Source: an uncultured Poribacteria bacterium
Lineage (GTDB): Bacteria > Poribacteria > WGA-4E > WGA-3G
Reading direction: 5' to 3'
Assembly: GCA_951813565.1 (NCBI GenBank)
Contig: OX638351.1
Coordinates: forward strand, 2,720,001 to 2,784,000
DNA length: 64,000 bases
Part shown: in pieces, positions 28,537-38,404 of the stretch
Numbering within the stretch: the first letter of the stretch is position 1
How the letters are laid out: each line of letters starts with the position of its first letter
The notes under the pieces: model-generated
What the model saw: only the letters and a program-made list of their open reading frames with translations
What the model was told of the DNA's origin: nothing
The model's database searches: none
Translations under genes and position numbers: made by a program

Positions 28537-29313
28537 TTAATTGTCGTTTTGACGGTTCGCAAGTTGTGCACGGAGTCGTTCTATCTCCGCTTTTAATTCT
28601 TGTCGTTTCTGCACTTCTCCTTCGACCCGTGCCTCTGCCGCCTCTTTAAGATGTTGTTCTTCTATAGAAGTTGTAATCGGGGTGCCATCAGGCAGATATG
28701 GACGTAAAAGTCTCACGTGTGTCGTCTGGTCCTCCTTCCACCGAAACCATAGATTTAAAGCTTCACTGAACAAACCGCCTTCCGCATCTGGCACTATCTC
28801 AACGATGTCACCTGAAGGACTCCGCCTCCACCCACGAAACTCTGCGGACTTCTCCATCTCAGGTTGATGGATGAAATACTCTTGAACACCTATATCATTC
28901 AGATACAACGCAACTTTTTTATTTCGATCTTGATGTGCTGTTGAATCAGAGAGAAACTCAAAAACAGCAATGGGTGCAGCGCCCTCCGCCCACGTATAGA
29001 AACTGCGGCGTAACGGGTATTTATCAACACCAAACACGATGTGGATATCAGGGGCGACACATTTTGTTATGTCCCCTTCGCTATAATAGATAAAACTGTC
29101 AACGGCAATGTGAACCAGATCGTTGATTGCGAAATACCTTTTGAGTTGGTCGGATAACGTGGTTATCTGTTCAGCGTGAAAATCGGTTTCAGCCATCGGT
29201 TCGTCGTCTTCACCCGGATACCCTTCAATATAGACGGTCGTTTTGCCATTCGCCTTTGGGAAGACTGGCATATATTTTCTCTGTTTGATTTGAAAGTCCT
29301 TTACGGTATTCAT
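28537..29313 (-). CDS. Uma2-family endonuclease
   Basis: EPMAETDFH, APD, VFEFLS, GVQEYF; coiled-coil tail. Confidence 0.82.
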   Translation of the reverse strand: MNTVKDFQIKQRKYMPVFPKANGKTTVYIEGYPGEDDEPMAETDFHAEQITTLSDQLKRYFAINDLVHIAVDSFIYYSEGDITKCVAPDIHIVFGVDKYPLRRSFYTWAEGAAPIAVFEFLSDSTAHQDRNKKVALYLNDIGVQEYFIHQPEMEKSAEFRGWRRSPSGDIVEIVPDAEGGLFSEALNLWFRWKEDQTTHVRLLRPYLPDGTPITTSIEEQHLKEAAEARVEGEVQKRQELKAEIERLRAQLANRQNDN

Positions 29314-29358
29314 GACTTTCTCCGTTGCGTATTATACCGTGCTTTGGTCGCCCATTTC

Positions 29359-29400
29359 TCACATAACTTCAAGGTTGTCGCCGAAGTATAGGGTGTTCAT
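29359..29400 (-). pseudogene. 5' stub of a site-specific DNA methyltransferase gene
   Basis: Translates MNTLYFGDNLEVM*; the ATG overlaps the stop codon of the upstream gene. Confidence 0.6.
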
Positions 29401-30041
29401 TGGATTGAACTCCCAAAATCTAAACTCTTTTGGAAAACTTCAAATGCGTTCGCTACTTTTTTCGCAATATCAGACGAAATCAGAAACCATTCGTTTCCTG
29501 GTGCATCCTGAATGTGCATATCCTTTTCTTTCAGAATAGAGTGTATAATTTGCTCTAAATTTCTGGGGTTTTCTGTGTACATAACAACTTCTGTTTTAGG
29601 TTCTTCTGGCATACCCGTCACCTGATCTTCTATTCTGCCCTGTGGATCACCGGTTTCAGTGTATCCGATCTTGCATGGCCACCTATCTTCACCTTTGAGT
29701 TCAGCCCGTTCTTTGTAAGCAGGATAATAGTAAACATAAACACACCCATTAGGATCAGGGGCTGGTTTTTTCTCGTTATCAATAATATCCCAGATACCAC
29801 TATTTTTGGGATAGTTCTCGTTATCGGCAAGGTTTTCTCTCTTGAGATTATTTAAGACATTTGTAACAGGATGGACTTTACTATTATATTTCAGTCCGCC
29901 CTTGTTTTCATGCACTTCATCAACCTTTTTAATAATATCTTGTTTCTTGACTCTATCTTGTCCTTTGAAAAACTCAAGGACAAGTTGTCGTGCCATTGGG
30001 GTATTCAAATGCTCTCCAACATGTTCATATTGGTTACTCAT
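29397..30041 (-). CDS. GIY-YIG / T5orf172-like nuclease domain protein
   Basis: GCVYVY, CKIGYT, LEQIIH, GNEWF. Confidence 0.82.
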   Translation of the reverse strand: MSNQYEHVGEHLNTPMARQLVLEFFKGQDRVKKQDIIKKVDEVHENKGGLKYNSKVHPVTNVLNNLKRENLADNENYPKNSGIWDIIDNEKKPAPDPNGCVYVYYYPAYKERAELKGEDRWPCKIGYTETGDPQGRIEDQVTGMPEEPKTEVVMYTENPRNLEQIIHSILKEKDMHIQDAPGNEWFLISSDIAKKVANAFEVFQKSLDFGSSIQ

Positions 30042-30090
30042 AAAAATATCTCCTTAAAGTGTCGAGTGAACAAGTAGTACGTCTGCATCT

Positions 30091-30126
30091 GATTTGTAGG
30101 TTGTCGCCTAAGTAGAGTTTGTTCAT
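30091..30126 (-). pseudogene. Second DNA methyltransferase 5' stub
   Basis: Translates MNKLYLGDNLQI; 25/29 nt identical to 29372-29400. Confidence 0.6.
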
Positions 30127-30128
30127 AC

Positions 30129-30956
30129 TTACCTTGATAAAGGAACTTTAATCCTAATTATTTTCTCGTCTTCTACACTGCATTTTGAACCGAACATACT
30201 ACTCCAATTCCTATGTTTCAGATATTCAAAAAAACCTTCAACCGGCTTATTTTCACATATTGATAATAACTCCTTACCAATACTTGTAAGTGCTATAGAA
30301 CCAAGACTCATGTTATCGTTGTCGTCCCCAGCATTCATATACTCTAATTTTTTATGAAAATAAAATATGGAAACTGATTCACCAGGGTTTAGACGCGGTT
30401 CCTGAGGTCTGGTTGTTCCTCTGCCTCCTCCCCAAAAAGTAGCACTTTCAATGACGTTAAGAGTGCAAAGATGTTCTAATACCTCTGAATTGATTCCATT
30501 CTGTGTGTAAATTTCATGACTTGGACGATCTATTAATGGAACCTGCTCGGAGTTTATATTACAAATAAAACCACAAAGAGATATAAACCATTCAGCATCC
30601 TGTTTTCCGAAATTTTCTAACGAGTTAACTGTTAATTGTGAAAAACTACCCGGCGTATCTGATTCTCTTGCCAAAATCCTTGACCATAAATCTTGCACAT
30701 CAGCATCAGACACTGTCTGGCACTTATCCAAAAAATTTAAAAACCATCCACTATCTACATTAAGCGAAATAGAACCTGATTGACGACTCTTGGTTCTTGC
30801 CCCTTCTATTATGCTGCACATATTCATAGCGTGAATCAAATCACGCTTTTCGTTCCATCTCCTTAATGTGCCTTCAGATAAAGCAGATACACCCTTCGAT
30901 AATTCTCGAATTGCTGTGTCAGCAACTTTTCCCCATCCCTCCAATTCATTCTGCAT
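30129..30956 (-). CDS. DUF2806-domain protein
   Basis: WFLNFLDKCQTVSDADVQDLWSRILARE..PGSFS; AT-rich. Confidence 0.75.
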   Translation of the reverse strand: MQNELEGWGKVADTAIRELSKGVSALSEGTLRRWNEKRDLIHAMNMCSIIEGARTKSRQSGSISLNVDSGWFLNFLDKCQTVSDADVQDLWSRILARESDTPGSFSQLTVNSLENFGKQDAEWFISLCGFICNINSEQVPLIDRPSHEIYTQNGINSEVLEHLCTLNVIESATFWGGGRGTTRPQEPRLNPGESVSIFYFHKKLEYMNAGDDNDNMSLGSIALTSIGKELLSICENKPVEGFFEYLKHRNWSSMFGSKCSVEDEKIIRIKVPLSR

Positions 30957-31061
30957 TATTACTATTCCTCCTTATTGGCAAGCGGGTCTAACGCCTTTAT
31001 GCAGTAAGTTTGTTGGATTTAGCAAACCCTACCTTACTTACAGACTATCGAATGCGCGGTT

Positions 31062-31433
31062 TCAACGTCTCTGCTGCTCAATAAAACCTATTTTTATATG
31101 TATTGTTTTATGGAGAAATATACGATTATATTCTTGGAACCCGCCTATCGCCATTCTACGACCCATAGACGCTGTTTCACTAGGAGGTTTTAACAATCTG
31201 ATATCCTTTTTATATTCATATCCAAGCAAATCTTTTATGTTATAGTAAATGTTCAAAGCAATTTCTTCAGCTTTGATGTTAGAAACAAGTCGTTGAAATT
31301 TCTGTGGGCTGCCTTCATAAGGCGGATATTCCACTGAAATTTCAAACCAAGGAGGATCTGTTTCTTCTTCAACAATAGCAATGTTGAAATTGCTTTCTGA
31401 ATTCATAGCAGTAATAAGATTTCCTACAGCCAA
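31062..31433 (-). CDS. Hypothetical protein (AT-rich)
   Basis: 123-aa ORF co-oriented with neighbours; no recognisable motif. Confidence 0.5.
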   Translation of the reverse strand: MAVGNLITAMNSESNFNIAIVEEETDPPWFEISVEYPPYEGSPQKFQRLVSNIKAEEIALNIYYNIKDLLGYEYKKDIRLLKPPSETASMGRRMAIGGFQEYNRIFLHKTIHIKIGFIEQQRR

Positions 31434-31458
31434 TTCTAATTGTTTTATGATGGTAGCT

Positions 31459-31642
31459 GGGTGTGTAAAGTTTTTGTAGAAATCCGCACAACTCCTATTG
31501 TAGGGGCGGGTCTCCGGGGAATGCCAAAAGGCATTCGGACCCGGTGAATGACTAAATGTCGTTCATACCGTTGATTTCTTGATTTGGTGCCTGCCCGTTG
31601 CATGGCACGTCCTGCGCAGTGGCGGGGCACAGGGACCCCGCC
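31459..31642 (+). mobile_element. Truncated GGGTGTGTAAA MITE with REP pair and micro-hairpin inserts
   Basis: Left end matches the 19652 and 63746 copies; right part replaced by the next element. Confidence 0.8.
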
Positions 31643-31844
31643 CATAGGCGTCAATTTAAGCACACAATTACCAGATTGCCTCTTGTGGGAGGGCTTTATA
31701 AGCCCGATTTATATGTATTTATCGGGGTTGAAAACCCGACAAATGCCAAAAAGCGCATTTGGCGTTGATTTGGCAGCATGCCAAACGCGCATGCTGCGTT
31801 GATTCACTCCCACAAGAGGGTATATCCTTAAATTGACGCATAAG
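31643..31844. mobile_element. MITE with GCGTCAATTTAAG termini
   Basis: CATAGGCGTCAATTTAAG...CTTAAATTGACGCATAAG (16/18); internal CCTCTTGTGGGAG...CTCCCACAAGAGG REP pair. Confidence 0.72.
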
Positions 31845-32039
31845 GTACGTTTTCCTAACTGCTCCATAAATATGAATCAAGTTAATGTGGTATTATATAA
31901 AAATTAAAAACAGATTAGGTAATTTAGTAGAAAAGTCCGGTGCGGTTAGGAAATCGTACCTACCGGGTTTAGGAAATTTAGAATTACCGAATTAAAATCT
32001 TCATGAAAGCGCGCATACCGTTGTTTTTAGGTATAGGTT

Positions 32040-32381
32040 TTACCTGCTTGGGAAGCCGATATTAACAGGAGCAGTATCGTGGCTTTCGCATGCCTGGTCG
32101 GTTGGGACATCGGTTTCAGCTTCGTTAGCTGCGACAATACCTTCCTCAAGCAGATATTCCTCCACTTCATCGCCGCTAACATCGGCAAGAATGATGTCGT
32201 CAATTTGGACACAAGGCTGATAAGGTTGCCGTGTCTTCTGAACCATTTCACGATAGTTGTCTTCGTTGTTGATGATGTCTCTGTCTTCATATTCCAAATT
32301 GTATTTGGCGAAAATGGCACGAACACCGTTGCTCCAGCCACAGACAGGTTTCATGTAAGCGATAATTTTGGGTTGATCCAT
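32040..32381 (-). CDS. Monothiol glutaredoxin-like protein
   Basis: YMKPVCGWS active site, YQPCVQID. Confidence 0.8.
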   Translation of the reverse strand: MDQPKIIAYMKPVCGWSNGVRAIFAKYNLEYEDRDIINNEDNYREMVQKTRQPYQPCVQIDDIILADVSGDEVEEYLLEEGIVAANEAETDVPTDQACESHDTAPVNIGFPSR

Positions 32382-32488
32382 TGTAGTGACTCCTTTTCAT
32401 TATACCAAGTTAATATGATTTGAAGTTCTATGATTATGTCATGTGTGCGAGGCACGGAGACCTCGCGCTACATATCAGGTTAATTGGA

Positions 32489-33838
32489 TTATGTTTCTAA
32501 TTTACGTGAGACAAATTCTTGTAGTTCTTCTCGTACCGATTCCATCGGCACGCGTTCCATGACAGGTTCAAAAAATCCGTCAACAATCAGTTTTTCTGCT
32601 TGTGCGTAGGGTATGCCACGACTCATCAAGTAGAAGACTTGATCTGCATCAATCGGACCTGCAGTTGCACCGTGTGTGCATCGGACTTCATGTGCTTCAA
32701 TTTCTAATCCGGGCAAGGTATCGGCATGTGCGCGTTCGCTGAGCAACAGATTGTCATTTTTCTGATACGCATCGGTGTAGTTCGCCGCAGGATATACATA
32801 TATGTTCCCACCCCAAGCCGTCTGGGATCTATCCTTCAGGACAGTTCTGTATAACAGATCGCTTGAAGTATGCGGTGAAACGTGTTCCTGTGCGGTGCTT
32901 ACATCTAAATGTTGCCGCGCATCAGTAAAAGCCAAACCTAACAGCTGCGCGTTTGCCCCGTTGCCTGCTAACACAATCGCTTGATTCAGTTTACTTAAAC
33001 GACTACCAAACGTAGCAGTAACCCAGCAGAGCTGCGCATCTTTGCTAATGACAGCGCGCTGTGACGCGAAATTCCAGACTTGACGATTCCAATGTTGTAC
33101 TTGTACATAAGTAACATTGGCGTTCTGTCCGGCGAAAATCTCAACTGCGCCACAGTGTAAACCACCTGCATCCGGATTAGCAGACGAATTATCTTCCAAA
33201 ATAACAACTTGACTATCCTCTTCAGCAATGAGGAGGACATGTGACATATCCGCGTGCTGATCTTCAGCGAGTTGAATATAAACCCGTAGGGGGTCTTCTA
33301 TCCTGACACCTTTCGGAACGTGCAGGACATAACCGCCTTGCCAAAATGCACCGTGAAGCGCATCAAACGTGTTACGACTGGCAATATTCCCACTTTTTAG
33401 GGTCGTTTCTAATGTGACAGCCTTTGTCATAAAGTAGTCACGAATTAGGTCTCCACGTTCTTTTACAGCTGTGTGCAGATCAGCAAAATAGATGCCCTTT
33501 TTTTCTAATTCAGGAGACAAATAGGTGTGTTGAGGATTTCCATCAACCTGGACCAACACACCCGCACCATCTTCTACTTCAGTTGATGTGCTACCGTTCG
33601 TTTCGGAAGGAGGATGATAATTGTCAACTGCGAAGCCGCGGAGATGCCGCCGAGTTCGCCGCCAGTAATCCTGCGTCCGCATATCAACGGTGCGCCGCCA
33701 CGTATCATCTTCAGTGGTATGTGGCATCGGTAACGATTCGTAAAGCGAGTATGCCTCCAACCGTTTGTCACGCATCCACTGCGGTTCATCCCGCGCTATT
33801 TTCTCAACAAAATCTTTTGAAAAATCACCTTTTTGCAA
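32489..33838 (-). CDS. sufD: Fe-S cluster assembly protein SufD
   Basis: PGLEIEAHEVRCTHGAT, FYLMSRGI; downstream of sufB. Confidence 0.92.
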   Translation of the reverse strand: MQKGDFSKDFVEKIARDEPQWMRDKRLEAYSLYESLPMPHTTEDDTWRRTVDMRTQDYWRRTRRHLRGFAVDNYHPPSETNGSTSTEVEDGAGVLVQVDGNPQHTYLSPELEKKGIYFADLHTAVKERGDLIRDYFMTKAVTLETTLKSGNIASRNTFDALHGAFWQGGYVLHVPKGVRIEDPLRVYIQLAEDQHADMSHVLLIAEEDSQVVILEDNSSANPDAGGLHCGAVEIFAGQNANVTYVQVQHWNRQVWNFASQRAVISKDAQLCWVTATFGSRLSKLNQAIVLAGNGANAQLLGLAFTDARQHLDVSTAQEHVSPHTSSDLLYRTVLKDRSQTAWGGNIYVYPAANYTDAYQKNDNLLLSERAHADTLPGLEIEAHEVRCTHGATAGPIDADQVFYLMSRGIPYAQAEKLIVDGFFEPVMERVPMESVREELQEFVSRKLET

Positions 33839-33853
33839 TTCGACACCTTTCCC

Positions 33854-35272
33854 CTATCCAATTGAACCTTCCATCTGAAGTTGGATGAGGCGGTTCATCT
33901 CAACAGCGTATTCCATCGGGAGTTCTTTGACAAGCGGCTCAATAAACCCGTTGACAATCATAGTGGACGCCTCTTCTTCGGATAATCCACGACTCATTAG
34001 GTAGAAAAGCTGCTCTTCACCGATTTTGCTGACGCGTGCTTCATGTTCAATGTTGGTATCGTTTTCATTAATTTCAATGACCGGATAGGTATCTGAACGT
34101 GAATCCTTGTCAAGCAGAAGCGCATCACAAACGACGTGAGATTTGCATCCCTTTGCCCCTTTTGCGACATCAACCCACCCCCGATAACTGGAACGTCCGC
34201 CATCTTTACTGATAGACTTCGACGTAATCTGTGAGGTGGTGTGTGGTGCGCAATGGTAGACTTTTGCACCCGCATCCTGATGTTGCCCTTTGCTCGCAAA
34301 CGCAATAGAAAGGATTTCTCCTCGTGCACCGGGTTCCATCATATAGACACTCGGATACTTCATCGTCAACTTACTGCCGAGATTGCCATCAACCCATTCC
34401 ATCTGCGCGTCTTGGTAAGCCACCGCACGTTTGGTGACGAGATTGTATACATTCCCCGCCCAGTTTTGGATAGTTGTGTAGCGCACCCGCGAACCTTTCA
34501 TACAGACGATTTCAACGACAGCGCTATGCAAGGATTCGCTGCTAAAAGTCGGTGCAGTGCAACCTTCAACATAATGCACCTGCGAACCTTCGTCAGCGAT
34601 GATGAGCGTGCGTTCAAACTGCCCCATGTTTTCGCTGTTGATGCGGAAATAGGCTTGCAACGGATATTCAACCTTTACACCGGGCGGCACATAAATAAAA
34701 CTACCACCACTCCAGGCAGCACTATTCAACGCGGCGAATTGGTTATCTGCAGAAGGAATAATAGTGCCGAAGTATTTCTTCACGAGGTCAGGATATTCTT
34801 TGACAGCAGTATCTGTATCAACGAAAATGACACCAATTTTATCCAATTCTTCAACGAGGCTATGATAGACAACCTCAGAATCGTATTGTGCACCGACACC
34901 TGCCAGGAATTTCCGTTCAGCTTCCGGTATACCGAGCCGGTCGAATGTTTTCTTGATGTCTTCCGGCACATCGTCCCAACTCCGTTCGCTTCGGTCTGAT
35001 GCCTTAACATAATAATAAATATCGTCAAAATCGAGTTGCGAAAGATCGCCACCCCATTTTGTCATCGGCTTCTGTTTAAAGATTTTGTAAGCTTCGAGCC
35101 TATACTGACGCATCCAATCCGGTTCCTCTTTGATGTCGCACATCTGATTGATGACCTCTTCGTCCAATCCTTTTCGGGATTTGAACGTCGGCTTAACATC
35201 ATCGTGGAATCCGTATTGATAGTCTTTACTAATTCCGATTTCGTCAAGTTGTTGTGTTTCAGGGGTTGCCAT
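33854..35272 (-). CDS. sufB: Fe-S cluster assembly protein SufB
   Basis: [39 protein letters not shown]. Confidence 0.97.
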   Translation of the reverse strand: MATPETQQLDEIGISKDYQYGFHDDVKPTFKSRKGLDEEVINQMCDIKEEPDWMRQYRLEAYKIFKQKPMTKWGGDLSQLDFDDIYYYVKASDRSERSWDDVPEDIKKTFDRLGIPEAERKFLAGVGAQYDSEVVYHSLVEELDKIGVIFVDTDTAVKEYPDLVKKYFGTIIPSADNQFAALNSAAWSGGSFIYVPPGVKVEYPLQAYFRINSENMGQFERTLIIADEGSQVHYVEGCTAPTFSSESLHSAVVEIVCMKGSRVRYTTIQNWAGNVYNLVTKRAVAYQDAQMEWVDGNLGSKLTMKYPSVYMMEPGARGEILSIAFASKGQHQDAGAKVYHCAPHTTSQITSKSISKDGGRSSYRGWVDVAKGAKGCKSHVVCDALLLDKDSRSDTYPVIEINENDTNIEHEARVSKIGEEQLFYLMSRGLSEEEASTMIVNGFIEPLVKELPMEYAVEMNRLIQLQMEGSIG

Positions 35273-35309
35273 AGTATTTCTCCTTCAAAATATTTTATAG
35301 TTATGATTT

Positions 35310-35681
35310 TCAAGGGTTAACAATTCGTTGTTGCTTTAGCGTTTCTATTTCCTATGTGAGCATTTCAATCTGTCTTTCAAGGGCGCGATCCCTTCCACTT
35401 CGCAACGCGATAAGAATTTGTGGGATTGCTACAGCTGCGACTATGAGTGCTATTAGTCCGTAAGTGATATTTGTTCCGTGCGTGATTTGTTTGTCAACGT
35501 TTTCAAGTTTGCCTCGCATCCATGCGACATCTGTTTTTAGGGACACAATATCGGCTTTTATAGGCTTAAGTTCCTCATTGATAATCAATCGGATTCTATT
35601 GAGATCAGTATCTGTTAACTCACCGAGAGCTGGCAACGCGATTACACAAAAGAGTATTGAGAGGAATAGGATAATTTTCAT
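35310..35681 (-). pseudogene. Signal peptide / coiled-coil / TM protein with in-frame TAG at 35352-35354
   Basis: Heptad pattern continues past the TAG (QIEMLT*EIETLKQQRIVNP*). Confidence 0.55.
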
Positions 35682-35749
35682 TGTGGTCTCCTTTTGACTC
35701 TTGTGATGTAACTATTGTGTCTCAGAGGTCGCCATTTTGTATCTTAATT

Positions 35750-36544
35750 TTACTGAACGGTTTCTGCTTCAATACCATATTTTTCACGAATTGGATCGTA
35801 ACCTTCTGCTTCTAACACGTGTGTAAGTTCCCATCCTCCTGATTCCACAATCCTACCATCAAGTAGTATATGCACAAACTGCGGACGGATGTAGTCCAAC
35901 AGGCGCGGGTAGTGTGTGATAATCAGCACACCAAGTTCTGGTCCGACCAAGCTGCTGACGCTTTCGCCGACAATGCGGACAGCGTCAATATCGAGTCCGG
36001 AATCCGTTTCATCAAGGATAGCGATTTTCGGTTCAAGCATCGCCATTTGCAGGATTTCAGCGCGTTTTTTCTCACCACCAGAGAATCCATCGTTGAGATA
36101 ACGTCTGGCAAAGGAATCGTCTACACCGAGTTGTGTCATTTTTTCGCGTAGTTCTGTGCGAAATTCCCGCATCGGAATCAGTTCGCTGTTTTCGGAACCG
36201 TTTGTTGCTTCAGAACGGACTGCACTGACAGCGATTCGCAGGAAATTCGCCATACTCACCCCTGGAATAACTGTCGGATATTGAAAAGCGAGGAACAGTC
36301 CCAATTTTGCGCGTTCATTCGGTTCTAATTCCAGAACATCAACACCGTTGAAAATCACCTCACCTGAATCGATCTCGTAGGAAGGATGTCCCATCAATCC
36401 GTTTGCGAGTGTGCTTTTGCCGGACCCATTTGGTCCCATGAGGGCATGAACTTCGCCCTGTTTAACACTTAAATTTAATCCTTTGATAATCGGATTTCCT
36501 TGGACGCTGATATGTAAGTCTTTAATTATTAGGTCATTGCTCAT
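35750..36544 (-). CDS. sufC: Fe-S cluster assembly ATPase SufC
   Basis: GPNGSGKS, FSGGEKKR, LDETDSGLD. Confidence 0.97.
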   Translation of the reverse strand: MSNDLIIKDLHISVQGNPIIKGLNLSVKQGEVHALMGPNGSGKSTLANGLMGHPSYEIDSGEVIFNGVDVLELEPNERAKLGLFLAFQYPTVIPGVSMANFLRIAVSAVRSEATNGSENSELIPMREFRTELREKMTQLGVDDSFARRYLNDGFSGGEKKRAEILQMAMLEPKIAILDETDSGLDIDAVRIVGESVSSLVGPELGVLIITHYPRLLDYIRPQFVHILLDGRIVESGGWELTHVLEAEGYDPIREKYGIEAETVQ

Positions 36545-36662
36545 CTTTTGGCTTCGGACTCCTTGTGAAATAAGATTTGTTGTTATTGCATGTATTATTG
36601 TTTATCATGAACACTCTTGTAGGAGGGCTTTGTAAGCCCGATTTCTTTTATTTATACACCCT

Positions 36663-37673
36663 TTATCCGCCAATTCTCGACATATTCCGCTCAGGTTTAA
36701 CAAAGTCCGCAGCATTAATCTTATGTCCTGCTTCTTTTTTTGCCACTGCATCAATAATTAAGTTTTCAATCACTTCATCGTCTGCGCTTTCGCGTAATGG
36801 GGTAAGTAAATCAATTTCTGTAAGCGAGAAAAGGCACGTTCGGAACTTCCCATCAGCAGTGAGACGGATTCGATTGCAGCTTTCACAGAACGGTTCACTG
36901 ACAGAAGGTATAACCCCAACTTCAGTAACATTATCAGCGAAGCGGAAACGTTGTGCAGTATCACTCTTTGCATCACCGTTTAGCGTCATTCGTTCCAGTG
37001 GATAAACATTGCTAATTCTATCTATAATTTCTTTGCCAGGGATGAACATGTTGCGTCCCCAAATATCATCGGCATCAAGCGGCATGAACTCTATGAACCG
37101 CAGCTGATAACTGTTTTCGCGTGCGAAGGTGGCTAAATCCACGATTTCATCGTCTGTAAATCCGCGCATTGCAACGGCGTTGACTTTAATCGGATTGAAC
37201 CCACAATCATGCGCTGCTTTAAGTCCTTTAATTACACGCGAGAGAACTTTCCGCCGCGTCATCTGCTCAAACTTCTCTTCGTTGAGCGTGTCCAGACTAA
37301 CGTTGATACGTCTTAGTCCAGCATCGTAAAGTGCCTGCGCTTGGGCAATTAGCCCGATGCCGTTAGTTGTCAAACTAATGTCTTTCAACGCATCTATCTG
37401 CCCAAGTTGTTCAATGAGGTGCGGCACACCGGGACGCACGAGCGGTTCACCTCCCGTAATCCGAATTTTGTTAACACCTAACCCGACAAAGATACGTGTG
37501 AAATGCAAAATTTCGTCGTAGGTCATCAGTGCCGAATCTGGCATAAATACCATGTCTTCAGGCATACAGTAGATACACCGAAAGTTGCATACATCTGTAA
37601 CGGAGATTCTGAGGTTCGTATGGACACGTCCGAAACTGTCGAGTAGTTGCTGTTTCATCGTTAAATAAACCAA
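36663..37673 (-). CDS. moaA: GTP 3',8-cyclase
   Basis: CNFRCIYC, FCESCNRIRLTADG...C, C-terminal MSRIGG. Confidence 0.96.
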   Translation of the reverse strand: MVYLTMKQQLLDSFGRVHTNLRISVTDVCNFRCIYCMPEDMVFMPDSALMTYDEILHFTRIFVGLGVNKIRITGGEPLVRPGVPHLIEQLGQIDALKDISLTTNGIGLIAQAQALYDAGLRRINVSLDTLNEEKFEQMTRRKVLSRVIKGLKAAHDCGFNPIKVNAVAMRGFTDDEIVDLATFARENSYQLRFIEFMPLDADDIWGRNMFIPGKEIIDRISNVYPLERMTLNGDAKSDTAQRFRFADNVTEVGVIPSVSEPFCESCNRIRLTADGKFRTCLFSLTEIDLLTPLRESADDEVIENLIIDAVAKKEAGHKINAADFVKPERNMSRIGG

Positions 37674-37689
37674 CTCTTCATTTTTTAAT

Positions 37690-37718
37690 AGTATAGCATG
37701 TTGTTATCTGGTTTGCAA
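37690..37718 (-). promoter_or_regulatory. Putative promoter of the moaA-suf cluster
   Basis: TTGCAA-N17-TATACT with extended TG. Confidence 0.55.
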
Positions 37719-37791
37719 GTATTTTTTATAGTGTTTACTATAAAAAAGATTTAGGTGATTTTTTCCCGATTGCCTTGCCCAAACGTTAGAT

Positions 37792-37912
37792 CAGAGGCAT
37801 TCAATTGTCGGTTTATTACCCGTTTTAGTCGAAAGGTCGCGAGCTGGAGCTCGCTCCTACAGGAAGATGTTTTAAGAGAAAAAAGAAATTATTGGAAAAT
37901 TGAATGGCTCTG
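37792..37912. mobile_element. MITE with CAGAG termini (ISAs1-like)
   Basis: CAGAGGCATTCAATT...AATTGAATGGCTCTG; flanks AACGTTAGAT/AACGTTAGTT (9/10). Confidence 0.8.
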
Positions 37913-37931
37913 AACGTTAGTTATTTTTCAG

Positions 37932-37960
37932 TTGACACGAACAGAGATTTTATGTATAAT
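37932..37960 (+). promoter_or_regulatory. Consensus sigma70 promoter
   Basis: TTGACA-N17-TATAAT. Confidence 0.75.
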
Positions 37961-37993
37961 TGCCTTAATATCTCTAAAACAGGGAGAAAAATC

Positions 37994-38362
37994 ATGGAAG
38001 AAAAAGTATTCCACGCGGGTGGTGTTGAGTTCCACGTGGACAACCGCAATTTCGGTGAAGATGGTGGTCCTTCTGTGCGTGTTTTCGGAGAAGCGGATGG
38101 AGAAAATATCCAACTGTTACGTTTTGACTGCTTCCGCAAAAACCCGCACTACCATTACGACCCTTCTGGAAAAAACGATCATCGAAACCTTGATAAAGCA
38201 GAAGTGCCGGATTCGGTTGCTTGGACAATTGAACAACTCGAACAAAATCTCGCTGAGATGATACACACCGCAGGTTACGCTAGTATTGCTGAACAGGTTG
38301 ACCAAGCAGCGGTGGTGCAAATACTCCCTGAGATAGAATCTCTCATGCGAAGAGAAAGTTAA
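37994..38362 (+). CDS. Conserved hypothetical protein
   Basis: GGGAG RBS; LLRFDCF..NPHYHY motif. Confidence 0.7.
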   Translation: MEEKVFHAGGVEFHVDNRNFGEDGGPSVRVFGEADGENIQLLRFDCFRKNPHYHYDPSGKNDHRNLDKAEVPDSVAWTIEQLEQNLAEMIHTAGYASIAEQVDQAAVVQILPEIESLMRRES

Positions 38363-38404
38363 TCATATAGACAGCGCATACAAGCGCAAAGGGAGAAATT
38401 TAAC

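Noticed and set aside
30985..31062. Possible integron attC site (GTTAGAC on the minus strand between two accessory genes)
   Set aside because: The nearest RYYYAAC is only about 33 nt away, the hairpin looks like a GTAG REP, and there is no integrase or second attC
34241..34999. Long opposite-strand ORFs (this one, 55563-56252, 12545-13135 and others)
   Set aside because: Antisense shadows of well-supported genes, with no recognisable motifs
35352..35354. Pyrrolysine or programmed amber readthrough
   Set aside because: No pyl genes are seen and TAG serves as a normal stop elsewhere in the window
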